NCBI GenBank assembly: GCA_965205505.1
Contig: CBDBHB010000009.1
Coordinates: forward strand, 1,248,001 to 1,312,000
From: Acidobacteriota bacterium
GTDB taxonomy: Bacteria > Acidobacteriota > UBA890 > WLXD01
Direction: 5' to 3'
DNA length: 64,000 nt
Positions within the stretch are counted from its first letter, which is position 1; each line of letters opens with the position of its first letter. The notes beneath the pieces were generated by a model that searched no databases, was not told where the DNA came from, and saw only the letters and a list, made by a program, of their open reading frames with translations. The position numbers were made by a program, and so were the translations under genes. This document shows positions 62,328-64,000 of the stretch, piece by piece.

Positions 62328-64000
62328 TCAGGCGCTCGCTTGCGCGTTGCGAATGGCGCGCCACACTTTCTCGGGTGTGGCGGGCATATCGATGTGCTCG
62401 ATTCCCAGGTGGGCGACAGCGTCGACCACGGCGTTGATCACCGCCGGTGGTACGCCGATGGAGCCCACTTCACCGACGCCTTTGACCCCCAGCGGATTGT
62501 GGGCACACAGCGTAGTGTTGTGGCCGGTCTTGTAGAGCGGCAGGTCGGCAGCGCGCGGCATCGTGTAGTTCATGTAAGAGCCGGTCACCAGCTGACCGTC
62601 GTCGTCGTAACGGCATTCCTCCAGTAGCGCTTGTCCGATCCCCTGCGCCAGGCCGCCGTGGATCTGCCCGTCGACGATCATCGGGTTGATCACCCTGCCC
62701 ACGTCGTCGACGCAGGATACGTCCACGAGCGCGACCACTCCGGTATCCGGATCGATCTCCACCTCGACCACGTGGGCGCCGGCCGGATAGGTGAAGTTCT
62801 TCGGATCGTAGAAGGCCGTTTCGTCCAGACCGGGCTCGAGCTCCTCGGGGTAGTTGTGCGGCACGTATGCCATCAGCGAAACGTCAGCGAGCCCCTTCGA
62901 CTTGTCGGTGCCGGCGACGGTGAACTGCCCGTTGGCGAACTCCACATCGCCCTCGGAAGCCTCCATGAGGTGAGCGGCGATCTTCTTGCCCTTCGCGATG
63001 ATCTTGTCGATCGCCATCTGGATCGCGGATCCGCCTACCGCCAGCGAGCGTGACCCGTAGGTGCCCATGCCGAAGGCTACCTGGCCGGTATCGCCATGCA
63101 CGACCTCGACTTGATCTATAGGCACCCCGAGACCCTCGCAGACGAGCTGCGCGAACACTGTCTCGTGTCCCTGGCCATGGCTGTGGGAACCGGTAAAGAC
63201 CGTCACGCTGCCGGTGGGGTGCACCCTCACCTGGCCAACCTCGTACAGGCCCGCACGGGCTCCGAGCGCTCCGGCGAGCGCCGACGGCGCCAGCCCGCAG
63301 GCCTCCACGAACGTCGACAGACCGATCCCTCGCAGCTTGCCCCGGTCGCGTGCCTCCTGACGCCGTTGCTCGAAGCCGTTGTAGTCGGCCAGCTCGAGTG
63401 CCGCTTGCAGGGTGGCGTGGTAGTCGCCGGAGTCGTACTCCAGCGCCACCGGTGTGGCGTACGGGAACTCCGTGATGAAGTTCTTGGTGCGGATCTCCAC
63501 CGGGCTCATGCCCAGCTTGCGCGCCGCGAGATCGGCCAGACGTTCCACCACGAACGCGGCTTCGGGGCGTCCGGCGCCGCGGTAGGCGTCGACCGGTACG
63601 GTGTTGGTGAACGTTCCCTTGACGTTCACATAGATCGCCGGGGTGCGGTAGCAGCCGGCGAACAACGTTCCGTACAGCCAGGTCGGCACCGACGGACCGA
63701 AGGTCGACAGGTAGGCGCCGAGGTTGGCGTGCGTGTGCACCCGAATGCCGAGGAACATGCCATCGGCGTCGACCGCCAGCTCGGCCTTGGTGAGGTGATC
63801 GCGGCCCTGAGCATCGGAGATGAACGACTCTGAACGCTCGGCGGTCCACTTTACCGGCCGGCCGATCTTCTGGGCGGCGACGGTAACCATGACCTCCTCG
63901 GCGTAGTGGAAGATCTTCGAGCCGAAGCCACCGCCCACGTCGGGCGAGATCACCCGCAGCTTGTTCTCCGGAATCTGCAGTACGAAGGCGCCCATGAGCA
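62328..64000 (-). CDS. coxL: Form II CoxL-like molybdenum hydroxylase large subunit (5' end beyond window)
   Basis: [17 protein letters not shown] (form II motif), GQGHET, GTYGSRS, KGVGE. Confidence 0.88.
   Translation of the reverse strand, partial: LMGAFVLQIPENKLRVISPDVGGGFGSKIFHYAEEVMVTVAAQKIGRPVKWTAERSESFISDAQGRDHLTKAELAVDADGMFLGIRVHTHANLGAYLSTFGPSVPTWLYGTLFAGCYRTPAIYVNVKGTFTNTVPVDAYRGAGRPEAAFVVERLADLAARKLGMSPVEIRTKNFITEFPYATPVALEYDSGDYHATLQAALELADYNGFEQRRQEARDRGKLRGIGLSTFVEACGLAPSALAGALGARAGLYEVGQVRVHPTGSVTVFTGSHSHGQGHETVFAQLVCEGLGVPIDQVEVVHGDTGQVAFGMGTYGSRSLAVGGSAIQMAIDKIIAKGKKIAAHLMEASEGDVEFANGQFTVAGTDKSKGLADVSLMAYVPHNYPEELEPGLDETAFYDPKNFTYPAGAHVVEVEIDPDTGVVALVDVSCVDDVGRVINPMIVDGQIHGGLAQGIGQALLEECRYDDDGQLVTGSYMNYTMPRAADLPLYKTGHNTTLCAHNPLGVKGVGEVGSIGVPPAVINAVVDAVAHLGIEHIDMPATPEKVWRAIRNAQASA

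Overview
High-GC bacterial chromosome segment, probably Acidobacteriota-like (inferred from the GWxTD protein, several PQQ-type beta-propellers and a GlnRS-YqeY fusion). The dominant structure is a 22.4-kb tyrosine-integrase element (7049-29449) inserted in a GWxTD-domain gene immediately after the GWxTD motif codons. Its attL/attR cores, 16-bp arm-type repeats and an IHF site are visible, and excision would restore a 217-aa ORF. The element has a satellite/PICI-like core (integrase, excisionase-like HTH, Toprim-DUF3631 primase). It also carries about 17 kb of mosaic cargo: a D5 primase-helicase module, terminase remnants, IS3/IS21/IS1595 pieces, a Schlafen/AlbA_2 protein, an M43 protease, an intact TcmP-DUF5131 pair coupled to a DNA-methyltransferase remnant, and DISARM/DUF1998 helicase fragments. 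The flanking host DNA holds two abutting 279-bp CTAG-flanked MITEs, an lmtA-like/PAP2 pair, tandem spermidine-dehydrogenase-like paralogs, a decaying ACIII/Qrc-like operon and a form II cox cluster. All family assignments come from motif recognition by eye; no database searches were run.
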